A DNA stretch of 64,000 nt from Acidiferrobacteraceae bacterium (lineage in GTDB: Bacteria > Pseudomonadota > Gammaproteobacteria > Arenicellales > UBA868): the NCBI GenBank assembly GCA_002726415.1, contig PBSU01000024.1, positions 26,921-90,920 of the forward strand, written 5' to 3'. Under the pieces are notes generated by a model that ran no database searches, was not told the origin of the DNA, and was given only the letters and a program-made list of their open reading frames with translations. Each line of letters opens with the position of its first letter. Position 1 is the first letter of the stretch. This document shows positions 8,046 to 16,092 of the stretch, piece by piece. The position numbers and the translations under genes were made by a program.

Positions 8046-9917
8046 CTAGTGAGAGCAGACTCGGTTGCGGCCGCTTTCCTTTGCCTCATAAAGGGCCTGG
8101 TCTGAGCGGTTAAGCGTCTCTTCCGGCTGCTCCCCTGTCCGGTGAGTCGTTACACCGATACTTACCGCTAAAGGAATCACCTGCCCGTTATGGTTAAGCG
8201 GGTTTTCTGCGATCGAGTAGCGGATCTTCTCGGCTAACACCACGATGGGCGACGCTTTGGACGACTCATCGATATCGCCCTGTGCGAGAAAGATCACAAA
8301 CTCTTCCCCACCGAAACGACCGAGTGTCGCGCCGGTCGTCAACTGTTCGCAGATCTTGCGGACCACGTGCAAGATCGCAGCATCTCCCACAATATGGCCA
8401 TAGGTGTCATTAACTTTTTTGAAATGATCAATATCCAGCATCGCGACTCCACAGCACTGGCCCGGGCGTAGCTGATCTAGTTCGCCACAGAACGCCTCAT
8501 ACCAGGTACGACGGTTAAGGCAGTCGGTCAACGGATCGTGCTCTGCAAGCCAGGTTGCCTGTTTCAATGCTTCGTTTTTATCTCGCTCTTCTGTATTCAC
8601 CCGGTCAAGGACCGCGTTATAGAAGGTTGCAATGTGGTGAGCCTCGGTCTGGGCATCAACCGTTACCGGCTTTGAGAAATTACCGCTGCTCGCCTGGTAG
8701 CTCATCTGCCGGATCAGATCGAGCGTAGACGTCTGCGCATCGTGCTCAATAATATTGAGACCCACGATCTCAGCCTGCGAACTGACTCGGTAAGTCACAA
8801 ACTTGCCGGTGATATAGAAAAACAGCATGGCCAGAGGAAAAACATATGCCGCAACTACGACAACCCCCAGCAACTGCACGCCCAGGAAAGAAAGCACGCT
8901 AAGTCCATCAGGTGGTGTTACGAACAATGCAACAGCCAGCGTCCCCCATATGCCAGCACCAAGATGGACCGGAATTGCTCCTACTGCATCGTCAAATTTC
9001 AATCGCTCCAGCAGGCTTCCAGCATAGACCACGACCAGGCCGCCAACAAAACCGATAAGGGCGGCCATCCATGGCAACACGGCATCACAATTGGCGGTAA
9101 CGGCCACGAGCCCGCCAAGACTGCCATTGAGAATATCTAGCGCACGGGGTTTCCCGTAACGGATTCGAGTCAGCAACAGAGTCGAGACAATCCCAAAAAC
9201 CCCGCCAACGATCGTATTGGTGACGATAATCGGTACCCGATCCGATGCTGCCAGGGTACTGCCGCCGTTGAATCCAAGCCAGCCAAACCAGAGTAAGAAT
9301 ACCCCCAGAGAGGTCAATGTCACGCTGTTCGGTTCTATACCCCTCTCATCTTCGTAGCGACCAATTCTGGGCCCAATATGAATAATCGCAGCCAGCGCAA
9401 CCCACCCGCCGACCGAATGAACCACCGTGGATCCTGCAAAATCATGAAACCCCATGCCCGTCAGCCAGGCCTGGTTGCCTCCTGAATAAAAGAGTCCTCC
9501 CCAGACCCAGTGTCCGACCACCGGGTACACCAGCAATACCATGAAAAGGGCAACAAAACAGTATCCGTAAAATGACATCCGTTCTGCCACCGCACCGGAA
9601 AGGATAGTTGTGGCGGTTGCACAGAACATCGCCTGAAAAATAAACACCAGGTAGGCGTAAGAATCTAACGATCTCATGAAGGACAATGGCTCACCAATCC
9701 AGCCACCTAAAGTAGGTCCAAACATTACGCTGAACCCGATCAGAGCAAACCCAACCACACTGATCGCAAAATCTACGGTATTCTTTATGACGACGTTGAT
9801 CGTATTCTTTGCTCGGATTAGGCCCGCCTCCAGGCAACTGAATCCCGCCTGCATAAACAAGACCATGCATGAGCAAAACAGAATCCATACCATGTCAATC
9901 TGATTCATCTCGATCAT
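8046..9917 (-). CDS. Ammonium transporter (Amt) domain fused via HAMP-like linker to a GGDEF diguanylate cyclase
   Basis: Amt motifs FMQAGFSCLEAG, SGAVAER, HWVWGG, DFAGSTVVH, WFGWLGFNGGS, DDAVGAIPVH; GGDEF motifs DPLT, DIDHFKKVNDTYGH, RFGGEEF. Start uncertain (9947/9917/9908). Confidence 0.93.
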   Translation of the reverse strand: MIEMNQIDMVWILFCSCMVLFMQAGFSCLEAGLIRAKNTINVVIKNTVDFAISVVGFALIGFSVMFGPTLGGWIGEPLSFMRSLDSYAYLVFIFQAMFCATATTILSGAVAERMSFYGYCFVALFMVLLVYPVVGHWVWGGLFYSGGNQAWLTGMGFHDFAGSTVVHSVGGWVALAAIIHIGPRIGRYEDERGIEPNSVTLTSLGVFLLWFGWLGFNGGSTLAASDRVPIIVTNTIVGGVFGIVSTLLLTRIRYGKPRALDILNGSLGGLVAVTANCDAVLPWMAALIGFVGGLVVVYAGSLLERLKFDDAVGAIPVHLGAGIWGTLAVALFVTPPDGLSVLSFLGVQLLGVVVVAAYVFPLAMLFFYITGKFVTYRVSSQAEIVGLNIIEHDAQTSTLDLIRQMSYQASSGNFSKPVTVDAQTEAHHIATFYNAVLDRVNTEERDKNEALKQATWLAEHDPLTDCLNRRTWYEAFCGELDQLRPGQCCGVAMLDIDHFKKVNDTYGHIVGDAAILHVVRKICEQLTTGATLGRFGGEEFVIFLAQGDIDESSKASPIVVLAEKIRYSIAENPLNHNGQVIPLAVSIGVTTHRTGEQPEETLNRSDQALYEAKESGRNRVCSH

Positions 9918-10037
9918 CCAGTGCGAATCCAATCTATTGAATAACAACCACTCATCGTTTAGGTACCGATCCTCTTGTAAGCAACAATGATACCGTTGAT
10001 CGCACCTGGGATCATCAATTGCATAGAACTAAGCCCG

Positions 10038-10079
10038 CTCACGCCGGCACCAAGGGTTCGCGCCCCCTCGGGAGCGCCA
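10038..10079 (+). repeat. Degenerate direct repeat of tRNA-Glu 3' half (att-like remnant)
   Basis: CTCACGCCGGCACCAAGGGTTCGCGCCCCCTCGGGAGCGCCA versus tRNA CTCACGCCGGAAACAGGGGTTCGATTCCCCTAGGGAGCGCCA: 7 mismatches in 42 nt, first and last 10 nt identical. Confidence 0.85.
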
Positions 10080-10089
10080 TACGCAAAAG

Positions 10090-11319
10090 TTATTCCGGGG
10101 TCAAAAGTAGCCGGCGCAACGGAATCACCGATCCCACCAGAAACACGCCCAATAACGCCAGCAGAGCTAATCCGCTGACAAAGTTACCCGCACCCCCATA
10201 AAGCACGCCCAATGCAACGGGCCCACCGACACCGCCAATCTCGGCCGCCGAAAAGAAAAAACCCCCCGCAGTACCTGCTCTGCCTTCCCCTACCCCGGGA
10301 ACCTCTACCAGCGTCAGGATCAGCACGGTCATCATTGCCCCTGCCGCGACCCCCTCTAATCCCAACGCCACATATAACCAGGGTCCAGTTGGCATGCTGA
10401 GCAACAGCACACTGCCCAGTACTGAACATACAAAAAGACTGGCCATTACGGTGTAACGCCGACGCCCAACCGCCAGACCCGGCAGGGTTAGAGCACTGCA
10501 AATTCCGATCACTACCGGCACAACTGCAATCAGGCTGGCCTCCTGGGCGTTCGCCCCAAATGTCATTAGGATCTGGACCAGCCAGTTTCCCATGGCATGG
10601 TTGATCGCAAAGACCGCGATACTCATCAGTAAAATCAACCTGACTGCAGGCAGCGCCAGTATTGCCCGAATATCAGCCGAGGCCGACCGAAGTTGAGGTA
10701 ACCCTTCCCTGCGTTTGGGCTCGCCCCGCGAGACGCCGATCCAGAACAGACTTGCCACTAAGGCCACCATGCCCCAGGACTGAAGGAGTAACCGCCAGTC
10801 ATGGTCTAAAAGCGGCATCAGCACGGGCTGGGTCAGTAACAGGGCAGTTATCGCACCAACACCGGGGCCGGTGATATAGACCCCCATCGCCAGGCCTCTG
10901 CGTGCACCTCGAAAATACTCACTGATTACCTTGGGTGCACCTGCCGAGATCAGAGGACCCCCCAAACCAAACAATGCGACCGCCGCAAGTAGGTGCAGGT
11001 GCTCCTCCGAATAACCTCGTAATACCCCCGAAAGCGCGATAATCAGACCGCCCATCGCCAGGCCGCGACGACTCCCGAGTCGGTCTAGCAACAGGCCGCA
11101 GGGAATGGCGGCAAAAATATAAACAAACTGCCAGGCGCCCAGAATAACACCCATCGCAGCGTGACTGATCGCAAGATCGGGTTCAATATCACCGACCAGC
11201 GGGGCTAAGCTGGCCATGTTCAGGCCGAATGCCATATACAACAGCCACACGCCTGCAAGCCTCCACCATCGCCCCGGGCTTACCTCAGTCGGTGGCGATA
11301 ATTCCGGCACCGGCTCCAA
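10090..11319 (-). CDS. MFS transporter (CynX/NimT-like)
   Basis: About 12 hydrophobic segments; MFS motif A GLLLDRLGSRRG. Confidence 0.85.
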   Translation of the reverse strand: MEPVPELSPPTEVSPGRWWRLAGVWLLYMAFGLNMASLAPLVGDIEPDLAISHAAMGVILGAWQFVYIFAAIPCGLLLDRLGSRRGLAMGGLIIALSGVLRGYSEEHLHLLAAVALFGLGGPLISAGAPKVISEYFRGARRGLAMGVYITGPGVGAITALLLTQPVLMPLLDHDWRLLLQSWGMVALVASLFWIGVSRGEPKRREGLPQLRSASADIRAILALPAVRLILLMSIAVFAINHAMGNWLVQILMTFGANAQEASLIAVVPVVIGICSALTLPGLAVGRRRYTVMASLFVCSVLGSVLLLSMPTGPWLYVALGLEGVAAGAMMTVLILTLVEVPGVGEGRAGTAGGFFFSAAEIGGVGGPVALGVLYGGAGNFVSGLALLALLGVFLVGSVIPLRRLLLTPE

Positions 11320-12013
11320 ACCTCAATGATTGCTCAGTTTCTGGCACCAACAGTCTCGACGCCAACGATTGGAGATCACGAATCACTTCAGTCGTTGCGT
11401 TCAATCCCTTCTCACGACAATGGCTCATCAAGTGTGCTTCCGACTCTCCATCAACCAGAATGTCGCCATGCGTGGTATCGGCGATCGCCCCTTTGGCGCG
11501 TATTACAAGATCACTCCCTCGTGAGCCATGTAAGCCTCCGTCGTTCGCATGTTGCCGAACGAGGACTTCTTTCCCGCTCTCGAAACTGCAAAACATGAGT
11601 TCACCCGCGACTGCCTGAATCGAAAAATCCAAGCTCAAATCACGATGGGCCAACACCATCGCTGCGGCGACGATCTTAGGGCTATCTATGCTGGGAAAAA
11701 CAATTTCGCTGCTATTGTTCGGCCAGCCTAACTGAAGCGCATCAGAGATCTGCGCGCCGAGATATGCTGCCGAGACCCGCTGCTCTACAACAGCGCTAAT
11801 CGTACCCTGCGAACTTAACTCGGGAAAACCTCTTACTGATATGCCTCGATCGAGACAGTGCAGCGTGTAGAGCGCTTCCACATCACCTTCGAGACCACAG
11901 GCCTGCAGCCACACCGACGGCCTGATGAGGTCTTCGCTTAAGCCCAACGGAAGGTCTGCCCCCATGCCGGCTTTTAGTAATAGCGTTTTGAATTCAGTCG
12001 ACGACTGCCTCAT
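11285..12013 (-). CDS. DUF3726-like protein
   Basis: N-terminus S-x-x-EFKTLLLKAGMGADLPLGLSED and C-terminus VPETEQSLRFGAGAG resemble the DUF3726 ends as recalled; ATG 12013 overlaps the upstream stop (ATGA). Confidence 0.65.
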   Translation of the reverse strand: MRQSSTEFKTLLLKAGMGADLPLGLSEDLIRPSVWLQACGLEGDVEALYTLHCLDRGISVRGFPELSSQGTISAVVEQRVSAAYLGAQISDALQLGWPNNSSEIVFPSIDSPKIVAAAMVLAHRDLSLDFSIQAVAGELMFCSFESGKEVLVRQHANDGGLHGSRGSDLVIRAKGAIADTTHGDILVDGESEAHLMSHCREKGLNATTEVIRDLQSLASRLLVPETEQSLRFGAGAGIIATD

Positions 12014-13719
12014 AACGGGAGGGACGGCGATGCGTACAACCACCAATCATCAATCGAAGGGTCGCCAAGTTCATGCGGTAAGGGCGCACCCTGGAACATC
12101 GTGATTCGAGTCCAAAGCGCTGATTTTGGATCAAATTTAGCAGCCCCAAAGCAGGCAAGCTTAAATCTCAGGATATCCAGCGGCGAGGTCTGCGCAGCGA
12201 TCAGGTTGTCTTGAATCTCACCATATTCATATTCAGAAAGTGCCTGCGCCCTGCGCACAAGATGGCGGAACTCGGGCCTTGCCAGAAGAAAATCAGCCAG
12301 AAGTGCGGCGTTATCAAATGCATCCAATGCCGAGCGCAGTGCTGCCATATCACGAGCGATTGCAACCGGCATCTCTTTATCTGCGCCGGGCTCGTCAAAC
12401 CGTCGCCCAAAGCGCGGCTCCAGCTTGTTTTCAGAAACATACCAGAAATGCGCATTTTGTGAGTCTTTAGAAAAATCAAAGCGGTCTGTCCAGGCGTAGT
12501 GATCATCTAGGAAGGCACTGAACTCATAAACCGTCTTACCAACATCCAACACTCTGGTCTCAGAAGAATAGAAAGACTCATCCAGCCCCTCAACAACATC
12601 TGGGTAAACCTCAAGCAACAACGCGACCAGTATCTCCTGCCCATCAACGCTCAGGTGCGCCTCGCTGTCCCGATAGACGAGATTCCAAAACTGTTGCGAT
12701 CTTTGTTGAGCATCGGCCTCAGATAGCCAATGTTCAAGCATCTGTAGATCATCCATCAGGCGCTGGTTGCGTGCCTGATATTGTGGATCATCCAATCGCC
12801 ATTGCTGAAGATGACGAATCGCACGCTGGGTGAGGAGCCGTGCCCGGGTGACAGACTCAGACGAAACATCTGCGAGACTTCGAATCCGAGATAGTGCAGT
12901 TTCGCGGGCATAAAACCACTCGTGCAAGAGTTCGGGGTGGCTCACGACGAAGGGCGCCATACCCAATCCGGTCGAATTTCCTATACCCAACGACCGCTTA
13001 AGGTCTGGGCTCAGTTTGACTGCCCGATCTGGGGCACGGCACGAGGCAATGTGATCCAGCTGATCAGTTGTGAATAGCCGAATGAGATATACCGTGAGCA
13101 TTTCGATCTGAAAGGAGTTCTGGGCCTCCTCTCGAAGGGACACCCGTGCATGATCACTGATGCCGAACTTACCATTGCCATAAACGGCAGTCGTACGCAT
13201 GAGGTAGCCAACTTCCAGCATTTTTTCAGGGTCAGGCTGCAATCCCTGAGCAAGGCAATCGCAGGCATACTCAAAAAGGCGGATGCTCCTGTTCGCCCGA
13301 GAAATCACGAGGTCCGTCGCCTCAAAGCGCCCAGCCTCCTGATACGGCGCGTTCTCACCTAACCTATCAAGATCGCGTTCGGTTGGCTGGCCATCAAAAA
13401 GAACGAATACTGCGTCCCAGGCTGATGCGATGACCCGATCCGTGCGCTTATCATCTGCCAAAGGGTTCGAGAAAGCCGCAAGTGAGTAGGACCGATTGGG
13501 CAATGCCACCCGATACACAGCTTTACCAAAACCTTGGTCGTCCAGATCAAACCGCTCCCGTTGGATGCGCCACTTCTCCTTGGCCATCCGCCGGAGCAGA
13601 AGTCGCATAAAGCTCAAACGCGTTGGGAAAGCTGCTCCCATACGCTCCAATGTACAAACCTCGTTGGGCGGGCGTCGCGGAACCTGCGAATCTTTTGAGT
13701 CGGCGGATGGATGAAGCAT
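12010..13719 (-). CDS. Conserved hypothetical soluble protein (about 570 aa)
   Basis: Long ORF with enzyme-like motifs PTRLSFMR, RTDRVIA, GYLMRTTAVYGNGKFG, GIGNSTGLGMAPF, FWYVSENKLEPR, FGAAKFDPKS. Start uncertain (13719 or 13788). Confidence 0.75.
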   Translation of the reverse strand: MLHPSADSKDSQVPRRPPNEVCTLERMGAAFPTRLSFMRLLLRRMAKEKWRIQRERFDLDDQGFGKAVYRVALPNRSYSLAAFSNPLADDKRTDRVIASAWDAVFVLFDGQPTERDLDRLGENAPYQEAGRFEATDLVISRANRSIRLFEYACDCLAQGLQPDPEKMLEVGYLMRTTAVYGNGKFGISDHARVSLREEAQNSFQIEMLTVYLIRLFTTDQLDHIASCRAPDRAVKLSPDLKRSLGIGNSTGLGMAPFVVSHPELLHEWFYARETALSRIRSLADVSSESVTRARLLTQRAIRHLQQWRLDDPQYQARNQRLMDDLQMLEHWLSEADAQQRSQQFWNLVYRDSEAHLSVDGQEILVALLLEVYPDVVEGLDESFYSSETRVLDVGKTVYEFSAFLDDHYAWTDRFDFSKDSQNAHFWYVSENKLEPRFGRRFDEPGADKEMPVAIARDMAALRSALDAFDNAALLADFLLARPEFRHLVRRAQALSEYEYGEIQDNLIAAQTSPLDILRFKLACFGAAKFDPKSALWTRITMFQGAPLPHELGDPSIDDWWLYASPSLPL

Positions 13720-13762
13720 GTCGACCCTTTTTTTGATTACGCTTGGGCTCACCCTAAAAGCC

Positions 13763-14749
13763 TTATGTCCGCGAGAAAGCGCTTTCAAAAAATCTCAGCC
13801 AATTATTTCCCATCACCGCAGCAATGGACTCCCCGTCAAAGCCGACCTTCTTCAGGCCAGCAACAAGATTCGGGAAGTCCCGGCTATCTTTAAACCATGA
13901 GGGTTGTTCCGGGAAGCCCGGGGCATCGGCAGAACCTTCACCGAAATCCCGATCCGTTGTCCAGCGGCCATTGCGCATCCATTCCACTACGCTATCGGGT
14001 TGATCCTGGCAAAGATCCGAACCAATACCGATATGTTCGATTCCAATGCGTTCTGCCATATCCGCTATCATTTCACAGAAACTTTGAAGTGTGCATCTGC
14101 TGCCGTCGCGCAGATGATGGGGGTACAACGAAAACCCGATCATCCCGCCGGATTCCGACAACGCCTTGAGTACCGTGTTGGATTTATTGCGCAAGGCGGG
14201 GTGCCAGGAATACGGGTTCGCATGAGTGATCGCTATCGGGCGTGATGAGATTTCAATAGCCTCCAGCGTTGAACGCTCGGCAGAATGGCTCATATCTACC
14301 ACCAGCCCCACTCGGTTCATCTCAGCGATCACCTGGCGCCCCATCCGGGTGATTCCAGGATCATCATCCTCATAACAGCCCGTCGCGAGTAGCGACTGGT
14401 TGTTATACGAGAGTTGCATGAACCGCGCGCCCAGCTGATGACAGATCTCGACCAACCCAATATCCGCCTCAATCGGGGAGCAGTTCTGGAAACCGAAGTA
14501 GATTGCGGTTCGATTGCTAGCTTGCGCCGCAGATACATCCAGCGCTGAACGGCCCGGCATGATCAGTTCATCGTAATACTGAAAACGCCGATTCCAATCT
14601 GCTATGTTCGCCGCGGTCTGTCTGAAATCTTCGTGATAACAAATCGTCACGTGCACTGCATCGAGTCCGCCCTCACGCATCTGTTCAAAGATCGTGCGCG
14701 ACCAGTTGCAGTACTGAAGGCAATCGATGGTGACGTTCGCTGGACTCAC
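13763..14749 (-). CDS. Membrane (renal) dipeptidase-like amidohydrolase, M19 family, atypical metal site
   Basis: MQLSYN, EMNRVGLVVDMSH, ITHAN, RNKS, HIGIGSD, GNNWLRF; GTG start with GAGG RBS. Confidence 0.85.
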   Translation of the reverse strand: MSPANVTIDCLQYCNWSRTIFEQMREGGLDAVHVTICYHEDFRQTAANIADWNRRFQYYDELIMPGRSALDVSAAQASNRTAIYFGFQNCSPIEADIGLVEICHQLGARFMQLSYNNQSLLATGCYEDDDPGITRMGRQVIAEMNRVGLVVDMSHSAERSTLEAIEISSRPIAITHANPYSWHPALRNKSNTVLKALSESGGMIGFSLYPHHLRDGSRCTLQSFCEMIADMAERIGIEHIGIGSDLCQDQPDSVVEWMRNGRWTTDRDFGEGSADAPGFPEQPSWFKDSRDFPNLVAGLKKVGFDGESIAAVMGNNWLRFFESAFSRT

Positions 14750-14764
14750 TCAAGGACCTCGTGG

Positions 14765-16009
14765 CTATAACCAATCAGTCTCAAAGGGGTATGAAGACAT
14801 GCGGGCCACCCCATCATCAGTAATGATAACCTGCTCCTCCAGTTTGACACCTTCACGCCCGCCTTCTACCCCGATGAAAGACTCCACGCACAGCACCATA
14901 CCTGGACTCAGAACGCCGTCATAGCCTTTGTCTTTCAGATCAACGTGGTGCTTAATACTGGGGTACTCGTCAGCCAGTCCGACCCCATGCATTAAAGAGG
15001 GATATCGTTGAGAAAGATACTGCGATGGGATCTTCCAACAATCCTCCGATACGTCGCGAAAACTTCGGCCGGGCGCTAAGGTGGCGATATTGGTCTCAAT
15101 CTGCTCGTAGGCTGCCCCATAGAGGCGTCGTTGCGCATCGTTGGGCTTATCACCGCACAGCCATGACCGGGAGATATCTGAGCAATAACCGTAGGGCCCA
15201 ATCAGATCGGTATCAAAGCTGACCAGATCTCCCCGCTCGATTGCTCTCATTGAGCACTCACGAAACCAGGGGTTGGTCCGCGGTCCAGAAGAAAGCAGGC
15301 GCGTCTCGATCCATTCGCCACCCAGGCGGATATTGGCCTCATGCATCTGGGCCCACAAGGCGTTTTCTGTGACGCCAGGCGCCAGGTACTGTTGCATCGC
15401 ATCACAGGCCTGTTCACAAACCGTCATCGATGCCTGCATCAAAACCAACTCTTCTTTCGACTTGACCGCTCGGGCCTGCTCGGCGATTCCCTCACCCTCA
15501 AACAGGTTCAGCCCTCGGTCGCGCAATGCATCGCAGGCGGCAAACGAAAGTCGATCGATTCCAAGCTGGCGATCACCACCGCTATGCACGCGCATCAGTT
15601 CATCAATCTGATCTGCAAATTGATTTACCCGCGAATCCCCTCTTGGTCCGGCCGAGAAAAAGTAAAAGGCCGGGATAACCCGGTACTCGTCTACTCCAGG
15701 GAGGCCTTCAGCGAGATGGGGGTGGTGGGCATAATCAAAAAGGACGACCGGGCCGTCTAAGGCAACAAAAACACATCGCGTTTCATAGTGCGAGCACCAA
15801 ACCTGCATATTGGTGGCATCGGTTGCATAGCGGGTATTGATCTGATCAAAAAGCAACAGACCCGAGACATTTGCACGGGCCATTTCATGACGCAGTCGGC
15901 CAAGTCGATACCGGCGCACCTGATCCAGATCGACGGGTGCATCGCTGTACTCCATAGCGCCATGTTGGCGCGCCCTTTTTCGGGCAGAGCGAATAGATTC
16001 GATGGGCAT
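14765..16009 (-). CDS. dddP: DddP-like M24 metallopeptidase-fold protein (putative DMSP lyase)
   Basis: RYATDATNMQVW, GEWIETRLLSSGPRTNPWF, SFDTDLIG...DISRSW, HGVGLADEYP, VES, GVKLEEQV closely follow DddP motifs. Confidence 0.7.
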   Translation of the reverse strand: MPIESIRSARKRARQHGAMEYSDAPVDLDQVRRYRLGRLRHEMARANVSGLLLFDQINTRYATDATNMQVWCSHYETRCVFVALDGPVVLFDYAHHPHLAEGLPGVDEYRVIPAFYFFSAGPRGDSRVNQFADQIDELMRVHSGGDRQLGIDRLSFAACDALRDRGLNLFEGEGIAEQARAVKSKEELVLMQASMTVCEQACDAMQQYLAPGVTENALWAQMHEANIRLGGEWIETRLLSSGPRTNPWFRECSMRAIERGDLVSFDTDLIGPYGYCSDISRSWLCGDKPNDAQRRLYGAAYEQIETNIATLAPGRSFRDVSEDCWKIPSQYLSQRYPSLMHGVGLADEYPSIKHHVDLKDKGYDGVLSPGMVLCVESFIGVEGGREGVKLEEQVIITDDGVARMSSYPFETDWL

Positions 16010-16092
16010 CGAGGGCTCCGCAGTGACGAATTAACCCGTAAACAGGTCTCCGGGTCGCCTATCTTAAGCCCAACCCAGCAGTTGTATACGTC

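Larger units (their letters stand above)
7979..10079. mobile_element. Putative tRNA-Glu-anchored integrated islet (about 2.06 kb, no integrase) carrying the Amt-GGDEF gene
   Basis: Bounded by direct repeats 7979-8020 (tRNA 3' half) and 10038-10079 (35/42 identical, ungapped). Confidence 0.65.

Noticed and set aside
10038-10079. Second functional tRNA gene
   Set aside because: Only the 3' half is present; no D arm or 5' acceptor strand, and the T loop and stem are disrupted.
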